Assembly (NCBI RefSeq): GCF_026571515.1
Contig: NW_026865674.1
Location: 1 to 64,000 of the forward strand
Source of the DNA: Ruditapes philippinarum
Taxonomy: Eukaryota
DNA: 64,000 nt
Reading direction: 5' to 3'
Shown here: piece by piece, positions 12,236 through 22,973 of the stretch
Position numbering within the stretch: the first letter of the stretch is position 1
Layout: every line of letters begins with the position of its first letter
The notes under the pieces: generated by a model
What the model was told of the DNA's origin: nothing
Databases searched by the model: none
What the model saw: only the letters and a program-made list of their open reading frames with translations
Position numbers and translations under genes: made by a program

Positions 12236-13060
12236 CCAGTCTGCTAGCGACGAATATAACAAGGATACCCATAGGACATTGACTAATGAAGTAACACAAT
12301 CTGAAAATTACTATATAATATATAAATCCGAAAGCTAGTCGGAAGTTTCCCAACAATAGATACAGCGCTTGTCGCGCGCTGATATATTTTCTAAATACCT
12401 ATCACATCAGAACAAAAATAATACATATCATGAGCACCAGTCAGCATAAGTTTCCAGCAATGGGAAACAGCGCTAGTCGCGCACTGACTACTTCACTAAA
12501 TGCTTAACACATCATAACAAAAGTAATACATATCATGATCCCTGGTCGGCATGTTCCCAGCAATGGGCTACTAGCGCTCTCGCGCTCAGACTATATCACT
12601 CAATACTTAACACATCAGAATAAAAGTAATATACCAGTATCGGGCTTGAGCGCCTTGTTGCGCTCTGACTATTTCACTAAATACTTCAGACTAAAAGTAA
12701 TACATAAACCTAGTAATCGTGTGCACACGTCGTTCTCCCAGATGTTTGATACGGCTCCGGAGGGCTGGCACTATAATTGATGAGAAAAAGAACCAACAAA
12801 AGATTCATTTTCCATATTACAAAAATTATAACGTTAATAAATTATATTAAATATCCAGTCTGCAGTTTCCCGAAATGGCCTACAGCGCTGGTCGCGCACC
12901 GACTACTTTCCTAACAAAATACTATAGAACACAGACGCAAAATTTCATGCCTGTCGATTTTAGTATAAAAATGATATCAATACCAATAAAGTGTGCACAC
13001 GTCGTTCATCTGGGAGTGCCGACACAGCCCCGTAGGGCTGGCACCATTATAGGTGAATAA
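12236..13060. repeat. Array of degenerate ~100-bp repeats with GC-rich stem-loop cores
   Basis: Five units of AGTC..TTCC(C)..AATG..AGCGC N4-6 GCGC..GACT followed by A-rich spacers; a second motif GTGCACACGTCGTTC..AGGGCTGGCAC occurs at 12721 and 12993. Confidence 0.8.
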
Positions 13061-13427
13061 TAGTAATTATCATAAATTTACAAACAAAAATAAAAATAAT
13101 ACTAAATTGACTCATAAATTTAATTTAACATACATTAAGGCTGATTTGTGTTGCTTCATTCATAAAAATGCTAGATGAACTTTGTAGGACTTACTACATG
13201 TACTATTCACAATCAGACTTATGTGTTGTTGTATATTGTTATATAATGAATGTATATACATGTATATATGTTATTTGCCTTTAACCATTTTTATTTTTTG
13301 ACAGAATAGTTATTTAGTTGTTCTTGGTTACGGTGTTAATAGTGATTATTTTTGAAAATAATATATACTTATCAGGTTTATGAATTAAAAACTTACACGG
13401 CACTGTATTTATTAAATAAATAGCCAT

Positions 13428-14089
13428 GTATTGTCCAACAATAATGACCTGGCACTTCATTAATTTCCGTAAAGGTCAGGTTATAAACAGTGGTATCTAA
13501 CGAATATATCGATATCTTTATTACCTTCACACGTCAATGAGTTGTGGTGTATTGGTATAGATGCCTGACTACTGATCTGAAGTTCCCTGGTTCGATACCT
13601 TACCAACAACATGTTATGAGGACATACATTTTTTTTTATTTCATTTTGAAATTAACTTGCAAGAATTAATTTGAAATCGTTTTACTACATCTTGTTTTGA
13701 GGATACATTTTAAGTAGTGTTTTTATACAATTTTATTTTTTATTTACATTATCTTTAATTAATAAAAAGGACAGCACGTCCATATTTAAAATTCATACAA
13801 AACCAAAAAAACTCAAAACGATTTGCACGAGTTAAGAGAGAAATAGCAATTTTAAAATAAGAAAAAAAAATATAGAAGTGGCCGAACCAGGATTCGAACC
13901 TACGAGTGTGCGTCTATATTCTTGAAGTGAAAGCACTTTACGACTGTGCTAAGAGGGATTTGTAATTTAAATCATTTAACAACTGGTTATATACATTCAT
14001 ATCGATTTACAATAGATTGTAACGTTTACGGAATTAGCCGACTATGGGGTCAAATGCAAGAGTGCCAGGTCAATGTTGTTGGACAATAC
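13428..14089. mobile_element. Non-autonomous DNA transposon with 29-bp TIRs and two internal tRNA-like segments
   Basis: TIR GTATTGTCCAACAA(T/C)A(A/T)TGACCTGGCACT; CAT flanks both ends (13425-13427, 14090-14092). Confidence 0.85.
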
Positions 14090-14342
14090 CATCTTACGTT
14101 TTTATAGGTACAACAAGTATTTGTATTTACATTTTGTTTACGATGCTGCTAGTGATAATGAATATAACAAATACCATTAATGGATGTTTAACCAAACCTA
14201 CACAGTAAAGGATATACGATGACGGAAACAAATTTCTTAAATTACTTTCGCTTTCGGCTTTTGTTAAGGAATATATAAAGTACATTGTAAATACAATAAT
14301 TTCATGTAAAGATTACTATATACTAGAAAAATCGAATATATA

Positions 14343-14458
14343 ACCACCGAACTGGCTGACAGACTGGTCTAACTCACATATAAACAAGTCTTACACACAG
14401 TCCAGTCCATGATAGTCAGTAATTTTGGTCCATATGAGCTGTCAGTCATTTCGGAGGT
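14343..14458. repeat. Small inverted-repeat element (mini-MITE?)
   Basis: ACCACCGAACTGGCTGACAG vs reverse complement ACCTCCGAAATGACTGACAG (17/20). Confidence 0.4.
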
Positions 14459-15244
14459 TTTACCGACGAGGAGTTCAACAACTCATATTACATATCATTC
14501 AAATGCAAGGAAACAATAAATTTCCTGTTGTTGCTTTCTACGCACAGCTTTTAGTTTGTTCCAGACATTGTGATTAACAAAGGTGATACCATCTGATCAG
14601 AATATAATGATGTTGCAAAATAAGTGAATTTATTATAAGCTTTGTATTAAAGATATATTCGGCTTTAATTCCATGTTTGCTAACAAAGACAGACACTTGT
14701 ATGTTAAAACACTTTAAAATAATATAACATTTGACATTAAAATAACCAGGAAATTCATAATATTGGAAGAGAAAAAGATATATGAAAATAACTAAAATCT
14801 TAAAAAACCGCCGACTTTTTAAGCGACGAGTGAACGCGCAAATTACCGATCATATACGGAAACGATCGAAATAGTATCGGAAACATTCGAAGTTATGAAT
14901 ATTAAATGAGGCTAGAATTCAAAAACAATGGCGGACGCGAAGGATGCGACGGAAGTAAAACAGAAATTAAAAAGGAAAAGAGTCTCTAAAGTGACAGATT
15001 CGGCAAAAAAGCGTAGGAAAATCGAATGGTCCAAGGCAAGAGTGCATGTTGGGAGCCAAATACATCGGTGGCGACAGTTGAAAAATGCATGTGGGATTAA
15101 AACAGATGCCCAAATTTGCCAAACATTTTGCTCGACAGGTTCGTTTGTTTAAACTTTTACCAACGGTGTCTCAGATTCATGTTACTCGTGTGTAGATCAG
15201 TGTAATTATTATAACATTAAGTATTTATTGATAAAAAATTAAAA

Positions 15245-15382
15245 TGTTCAAAATGGTGATTCGTCCCCCCCCCCCATGATTCGGGAGAAAATTAAACGTT
15301 CAAATGGTGATTCGTCCCCCCCCCCATGATTTCGGGAGAAAATTAAACGTTCAAATGGTGATTCGTCCCCCCTATGATTCGG
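15245..15382. repeat. ~52-bp tandem repeat, ~2.7 copies
   Basis: GTTCAAATGGTGATTCGTC(n)ATGATTCGGGAGAAAATTAAAC repeated in intron 1. Confidence 0.9.
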
Positions 15383-15713
15383 CCTAAGACACATTTGTTT
15401 GTAACACATTTTTATGTTCTATATGGCTATATACTTTAATATCTTAATATACATTATGTCATATATAGGTCGATTATGTAAAAATAATTTATTATGTGGC
15501 GCCTGTGCACTAAGCAGTTTTCGTAAGCGTTGACATTGGTTTGTGAAGACTTCTGTCTCATTCCGAAAAATTATTGATTATTCAGTTGATTATCTAAAGG
15601 GTTAAAAAAAAAAAAAATATAGCAGCGTATAATCAAAGGAACTTTTGGCATTTTTGTCAATTAGGCCTGTGGTCAACTTGTCTGCTATTTTTGTTTTTAC
15701 TTCAAAAAGTAAA

Positions 15714-15934
15714 ACCGCCTCCGTGGTCGAGGGGTTAGAGTCGATGACTTCTAATCCAGTTACCTCTCTGTCGTGGGTTCGATCCCCGGGCGATGCTTTG
15801 TTAGTTTAGCGCGGAACAAGGTAGTCTAGTACTGGTGTAACTCTCCAGGAATGATGGTTAGGAAACTACCCGCCTATATGACTGAAATACTGTTGAAAAG
15901 GGGTTAAATGAAACAAACAAACAAACAAACAAAA
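15714..15934 (+). mobile_element. Full-length SINE family 1
   Basis: A box TGGTCGAGGGG, B box GGTTCGATCCC, (AAAC)n tail; TSD TCAAA(A/T)AGTAAA. Confidence 0.93.
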
Positions 15935-16930
15935 TCAAATAGTAAATTTATATATGACCTATCTATTATTCTAAGATCATAACTTGGAGTTTACGTACCA
16001 TGGAGGGAACGTACCACTGCATAAATATACCACAAATATCGAAAAAGTTAAAAATTGAGGAAGATACATATGTTTAGATATTTAGCAAGTTGATAAAGTT
16101 CTATAACATTTTCACAAATTTTAATATTTTAGGGTAACTTGCCACCCAATAATTATCATGAAATAAATTGTAACAAAATTTACAACCTTTTGCAGAATAA
16201 GAATAAATATATATATAGCATGAGAGTCATGTGTTTCTCATTGGCAATTATTATATTATATGTTTCAGTAAATAAATGTACATGCATCAAATATATTCAG
16301 CCAATTTTTTATGAGTAGATCTACCCATGTATATTTTGATAAAAGAAAATATGCATAAATGAAAATGTTTTGTAAAACAATTTTAGATATACAACAGCAC
16401 AAGTACCTCCAGCAACAACCACTGGTAGCAGTCCACATGTAGTGATGCCCTTTCCAGGAACATCAGGACAAATGACATCCACACCAGCTAGTACCACCCA
16501 GCATTTTCCAGGTCCAACAGTTTCAGAAATATCATCTGAATCTGGGTTGACTGATGTGAAAGTCATTAAATTGCTACAACTTCAATAAAACACACATTTG
16601 CTCTGTCTTAGTACAATATTTTCAAATTTTATCATCATTTTTGTAACATTTGAAGCCACTAACATTTACACTTAATCTGAAGTAGGAACTGAATTAGAAT
16701 TGTATGAACAATTTAATTGTTTTTGTAGGGATAAACCAGAGTTATCAGGATTGGAAGAACTTCAAGAAGAGAAAAACAGTAATGGGTAAGATACATTTTT
16801 ACTTTTTTATTTTTGTATCAGTTTCATTTCCTATGCTTGTAAAGTTATCTCTATTTTCCTAGATTTTCCATTCTTAATTTTAGAAATCTTTCAAAAAGAT
16901 ATGTCGAAAGTCATGTCTCAGTCAGTCAGT

Positions 16931-16963
<33 letters not shown>

Positions 16964-19022
16964 CCACAATATTTCATGTAAATAATTTTGATTGCATTCT
17001 CTTTATATGATCATAGTGTTAAACATGCTTTTACATTTTTACTTATTTTAGTGAAGGAGAAAGTGAACTTCATAAGAAGCCAGCTATGTTAACAAAAACT
17101 GGGAGACCTGTTGTTCAAAACAGTTCAGCCACAGTTCCTTTATTGATCCCTTCAAGGTATCTTTTAATTATTAAGTTAATAAATTTTCATATATGAGTTA
17201 ATTTGTGTTTAAGTCACCCAGACACAGTAAATCTTTACCTTGTGTAGAAATATACGTGCATGATTTCAGGCATGAATTGAGCAAACTAATATGTATAACT
17301 TTTCACATTTATGAATGAATCTTAAGTCTCAGATGGGATTTTTAAAACCAGAAGTGACAAAAGGTGCTTATAAAACAATTAGCTTACATAACTGCTGTGT
17401 TTTAATCCATTTTATTTACTGTACTATGTATTAATCTGTATAATTTTTGAAATATTTGAATACAAAAAATGAATTATGAGCATAATTTATGACCAGATTT
17501 TTGCTATTTCAGTGTCACACTTGATGTTGACATTAGATGAATCATGGCTGGATGACTCTGAAGACCCGGATTATGAGCCAAGTTTTGAGATATCAGCAGT
17601 TGTGTGAGTATTTCATTCAATTCAGCTTGTCTGGTAGACTTGTTAACTCAATCAAATAATAATTTATGTAAACACACACACTCACACATATGTATATGTT
17701 TATGTAGCAAATAAAATAAGACTGTACTATGAAACATTGTACAAAAGTTTCAGCTTATGAAACATATAACAAAAGTTCCAGCTATAAATGGTTAGACTAT
17801 ATTTATATTTGAACACTTAAATAATGAATACTTAATTATAAGCCTTTACCTTTACACAATATAAAGATAACATAACTGATTATTTTATCTTTTATTCTTT
17901 ATTTTAATTTAAAAAATGTTTTGATTTTGAATACATTTAAATGTTTTATCCACAAGGATATTTTTATTTGCAGTCCAGTGAACGCAGCATAATGAAAATG
18001 AAATTACAACATTCTTTCTATTTAATTATATGGTTTCTATTTTAAAAATGTGAATTATTTTTCAACACTCAAAAGTCAATATAATGGTTTTGTATTAAAT
18101 ATTAATAAAAACAGTGTAAAGATAATTGGAACAGAATCCCTAAAGAAAGCCCAACACGGCAAAATTGTAAAATTTGCTTGAGCTCTTAATGTGAGATATT
18201 GAAAAATTACTAATACACTTAGTCCATCCTTATTCAAATAACTGTCCGTAAGATCAATTTAAGATTATGCTTATCTTAACCAATAAAGAAATTAATGAAT
18301 TGTCAACTTAATAAGTGAAATACCTTCAAGGCTAGTATGAGACTATACTTTGTTAATTACTTTCAGTCACTATATGTATATCCTCCCTCAACTTATTGAT
18401 TTTCGAATCAAATTAATTGCGACCTTTTTGATCATGTAATATACGACACTTACAAGACGAAGTTTCAATAAACAGTTTCTTATTTTCTCCACACAGTCTG
18501 GAGAGGGCAAAATGCGTTTAATTGATACCGTTGGGCAATTGCAAGGTTCTTGAACCCCCTTTTGTAAATATACTTAAGATTCTTTCACGTGATGTACCAT
18601 CAAACTTGTTTTTTGTTTATCTTCATTTTTACAGTCATGTTCAGAACTTTGAAATGATGCATATTTATAGGAAAAGATTGGAATGAAATAATTTTAGAAA
18701 ACACAATTAGATTTCGAACATCGGAACTCAATTTCTCTGTTCAATTTGTAATTTCTGTAATATACTGTACAATTGTATTAATAGAAATTGATATGTTGTC
18801 AGATGGCAATTTCGAAAACTTAAATGCAATTGTCCGTTACACGAACTTCATGTTATGTTGTATGTTAGCCGACAATGCCTTGATTGAATGAAAAACTTGA
18901 ATCAGACGTAAACTATGGGAACGTATATTTTTCACACCTATCAAAAATATAAGCGGATATAGATATGCTGTTAAGATGTCTTTTGATTACATTTATAGTG
19001 TACATTCGAGTAAATCATATTA

Positions 19023-19081
19023 CCGCCTATATGACTGAAATACTGTTGGAAAAAGGCGTAAACTGAAACAAACAAACAAAC
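19023..19081 (+). mobile_element. 5'-truncated SINE family 1
   Basis: Tail only; TSD AAATCATATTA; empty site at ~44958. Confidence 0.9.
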
Positions 19082-19584
19082 AAATCATATTAAATACCGT
19101 CTTGTTTGCAAATGTTATTTTTGCTATTGTTCCAAACTAATTTGTTTAAGTTTCTATAAAGACAGCATTTAGATTAAGTTGTTTAAACGCTTGCACGAAT
19201 CCATGCGTTTATTATGATCTTGACTATACCTCAATGTTTAACATGGAAATGATGATGCTTTATCTTATTTAGGTCTTGTATCTTTTTCTTAAAATGAGAA
19301 CTGAAAATCATGTTTGCCGTAATGTATAAAAAAGTGTTCGTGTTTTACAGTTTCCAACGACCTTTTTTTCCTATCATGTTTGTTACAAATCTAATCTAAT
19401 TTTTAACGGATAACTCAGTTCATGAGCAAAATAGAAGTGTCGTTAATATTATGAAAACGCAAAAGAAACCAAATTCGTAAGAGGCGCTAAATAGCTCTAA
19501 ATTACTCAAGTCTATGCATATTTTAGCTTTAGCAGGTGAGGTGTAGTTACTTTCAGTTTGCAGCTACCGGACTAAGCAGAAATC

Positions 19585-19660
19585 GTCTTCCCTGTTTTGG
19601 CGCCGTATGACCAAAAGTGTGTTAGTGCGCCGTAAAATGAAACCAATAAACAAACAAACA
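19585..19660 (+). mobile_element. Old LINE/SINE 3' tail predating the duplications
   Basis: GGCGCCGTATGACC..GTGTTAGTGCGCCGTAAAA..(AAAC)n resembles the LINE tail; paralogs at ~25470-25530 (-) and ~45470-45525 (+). Confidence 0.6.
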
Positions 19661-21610
19661 TCAGATGAAGAAACGAATTAAAAAATCTTAATGTTACCTT
19701 GTTTAGTGCTTAATTCTTACACAATCTTCGATATTTGACTAAGATAACATTATATATACATCATCCGTTCTACAGACATATTTTACAAGCACTGGGAAAA
19801 AAAGGGAAAAGATAACAGACATTTATTTAACACAGCGTGCAATATTGTTAAAACTGTTTCACATTATGTTAGTACGTACATACAAAATAGACTGCAATAT
19901 CGTTTGATCACTTCTCAATTTCACACAGCTTGAAATAGAAAGAGAGTCGTAAATAATAGATGTATACTTAACTAAAATGTAATTGTTAATCTTCATTGGC
20001 GATTTATCGGAGGTGTAATTTTGCAAGCTAATTGGAAACAACAGTAGTTTAACGAACAGATTAAATAGAATGTCGGCGCATTTAGCTGCATTACAGATTA
20101 ACATAAATTTCATAATTTTATATTATTTCACTGAAAAATTTACCACCGACATAGATTGAAGGTCTTGTAAAAATTGTTTATGTATCAAAGGTCAAGCACA
20201 CGGATAAACTCATACATTAAAATACAGAAAAGGAGCAGCAATTCACCATTCACATTCAGCATATTCACATTCTCATTCACAGGTGTTAACGTCCGAGCGG
20301 TTCACATCGTAATCTGATTATTTAGGTGTTAAAGTTAAGTTTCTTTTAATTAATTAATTACTTTTTCTTAAGATTTTTAAGGCAGATTTAAGGCAGATTT
20401 AAATTATTATTGGGAATCTTGTATTTCTATCAAGCTTCTCAATAGTGAACTAAATCATTTTTGTTATTTCTTATAATTACACATATTCTAATTGGAAGTG
20501 TTGTGGAGAGTAATTAAGCTTTTATTTGGGAAAATCGCTCATTAATTGTTTTATTGTCATATCTCTCACTATTCAGTTGAGAATAGAAGGACACTAGACT
20601 TGGCAAACCTTTGACGGCACGTCATTATAAATTAAGATAGGAAATAATTGAAACCTACAAAGTGATATAAGAAGAAAAATGATTAAAAGACATACAAAAA
20701 CTTTTTCGCTACCTACATAATATTTTATATGTCTTATCCTTATTCCGATTAAATGGCTACGTAATCATATCCATGTGAACTTATATAAAATAAACCAAAC
20801 TCTTTAGACCATATTATACCTTTTTATTTCAATATTTCTATCATTAACAATACTAAAGTAACTAAACCGAACAAATTAAAGATAATTTTGATTTTAATAT
20901 CGTTTACTTTCCACATTCTCACAAGAGTTGTTTACCTTATTATATTCTTTATTTTCAAATTAAAAGACTATAACAGCCAATTTTATTTTGTCAATTGAAT
21001 GCCATCTTATTTTTCTGCTGTCTGATTAGTATTGCTATCAAAAGATGTTAAGATAAAGTCTGATTTGATAGTAAACAATCTCGTTACATGGTGTCAATGA
21101 TCGTGATGAAAAATTGTCTTCAAATATTGTTCATTCAATGTAATATAATTTTGCTTCTGTCTGATTCGATGTTAAACATATCAGTCTTGTACATATCAAT
21201 TACATCAGTCAAAATAAAAGAAAATACATAAGTCAAAATAAAAGACATAGTTTTGACTGATGTAATTGATATGTTAACAGCATCTCCTTACTGAGCATTA
21301 AAATTGTACTATAGGATTTAATATTGCTACACAAATAGAAGTGTTAATCGTTTTATTAATACAGATATTTTTTAATACATTAAGACTATTTCTAATTTAA
21401 ATCATTTTTGATCACATTTCTTAAATATCTGTTGCAAATTATTCTGTTTTAGCGGCCCAAATGCTCTATGTCATAAATTCAAATTTTCATTTCATGTTTT
21501 AAGACCTATATGGAGTAAACGTTTCTTTAAATGAAGTTCCTTCAAAACATTGTATTTTATGTTAGGTATTTGTAAACGCGTGCCTTTCATTTTGATCAGC
21601 AAATATAATA

Positions 21611-22504
21611 TACGAGGTATGATAAAAAAAATATCGGCCTAATATATTTCTAGCCATATATTTCTAGCCACTACACTGACATTTACACACCATACATCGG
21701 TACCAATATCTTAATGAAGATTACTGACCGAGTTACACGTGGTTTTACACAGATTAAGTAACATAAAACAAACTTTGATCAGTAGAGGTGTGTGTCATTA
21801 AGACCAAATGGAGAAAGTTGAAATCAGAGCCCCGTGAAAAAATGGGCTGCTGAATTTAAGAGAGGCAGGGAGAGCATTGGAGATGATGAGCAGCCAAACG
21901 AGGCCACCAACGATGAAATTGCCGAAGCTTGACACGTTCTGGTCATGTGCGACAGAAGGCGAGATCTGCGAAGCATTGCTAGGGAAGTGGGTATAAGCTT
22001 TGGTTCAATTCTGACTGATGTCTATGGCATGTCAAAGGCTTCCGCTAGATTGGTCCCAAGACAGTTGACTGACGATCAGAAACGGGTCTGACTTGATATT
22101 TCAAGATATTTTTGTCTCGCTATGAGGATGAACCTGATTTTATCTACCGGATCGTAGCTCAGGATGAAACTGGGTCCATCACTTTGATCAAGAATCCAAA
22201 AAATAGAGTATGCCGTTGCTCACCCCCTCCGAAGAAATTCAAGAGGGTGCCATCAGGGAAGATGATGGTTTAAATATTTTGGGATAGTCAGGGGATAATC
22301 ATAATTGACTATCTTGACCAAGGTCGTACCATAAACGTTACGTACTATGCAGACGAATGGAAACGTTTGCGTCAAGAAATCGCGTGTAAAAGGAGGGACA
22401 AACTGACTCAAGGCGTTCTGCTCCTGCACGATAATGCGCCAGCTCACACATCCCAAGTTGCGATGGCTGTTGCAACTGACTTCGGTTTTGAAATTCTTCC
22501 CCAT
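21611..22504 (+). mobile_element. Decayed mariner transposon, 3'-truncated
   Basis: TA-TACGAGG left end; MEKVEIRA, KKWAAEFKRGRESI, WVPRQLT, IVAQDET, IFWDSQG, LLLHDNAPAHTS, FEILPH; stops before the YSPDL motif. Confidence 0.93.
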
Positions 22505-22973
22505 CAGTGGGATCGCAGTAAGGACGCCGTAGCAACTCAGTGTCTAGCATCTCCTATAACGCAACAGGAGCTCCTATAATGCAACAGGAGCGCCGCAAAA
22601 TCGCAAAAAGGAACGCCGAATGAAACCGATAGTTATCCACGGCGTTTGTACAGAGATTGTGTGGCGTCTCTACAGCGCTTATACTGCGTGTGCACGGCGC
22701 TTTTACGGGGCTTCACGATTTTATCGCAGAGTGAGCGCCGCGAAAGCGCACTTGAAGCGCAAAGAACACGGTAGAAGCGCAGTCCGAACGCAGATAATCG
22801 CCGATTTAAAACGCCGTAGAAGCTCTGCAGCATCGCCATGATCGCCGTGAAGACTTCATGAAGTTCTCATGTAATCAAAAATATCACATTTTCATTGCGA
22901 TCTCGCGGCGCTTTGTTAAATTTAACAATGCCGTGCAAACGCAGGGAAAGCGCGGTTTCATGTGTCAGGGCCT
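22505..22973 (-). mobile_element. Partial GC-rich Harbinger/Tourist-like MITE
   Basis: Reverse complement of ~47519-47950; one end TGTGTCAGGGCC-TTAA retained. Confidence 0.8.

Larger units (their letters stand above)
14928..17603 (+). pseudogene. Spliced transposon gene 5' part (exons 14928-15138, 16387-16545, 16729-16785, 17052-17156, 17513-17603)
   Basis: Canonical GT/AG with matching phase-2 junctions. N-terminal KARVHVGSQIHRWRQLKNACGIKTDAQ/FAKHLLDR motif, then S/T/P-rich and acidic (DDSEDPDYEPSFEIS) segments. At least two frameshifts. Confidence 0.75.
14651..17810 (+). mobile_element. Truncated intron-containing DNA transposon inserted at TTAA (Kolobok-like, tentative)
   Basis: Absent from the paralog at ~43795-43815 (TTGTATTAA|GAACAC); begins TTAA|AG; carries the spliced gene listed below; no clear right TIR. 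Confidence 0.65.
14493..21214 (+). repeat. Segmental duplication copy A1 (non-coding; interrupted by 14651-17810)
   Basis: Direct match to ~43645-45970; inverted match to ~24340-26550 and ~28130-33790. Confidence 0.92.

Noticed and set aside
12437-12490. Hammerhead or HDV ribozyme in the structured repeats
   Set aside because: GAAAC and CTGA occur in one unit, but CUGANGA and the required stems are missing and not conserved.
13540-13610. tRNA gene
   Set aside because: A/B boxes present but no pairable acceptor or anticodon stems; it lies inside a transposon. The same applies to the other tRNA-like segments and SINE heads.
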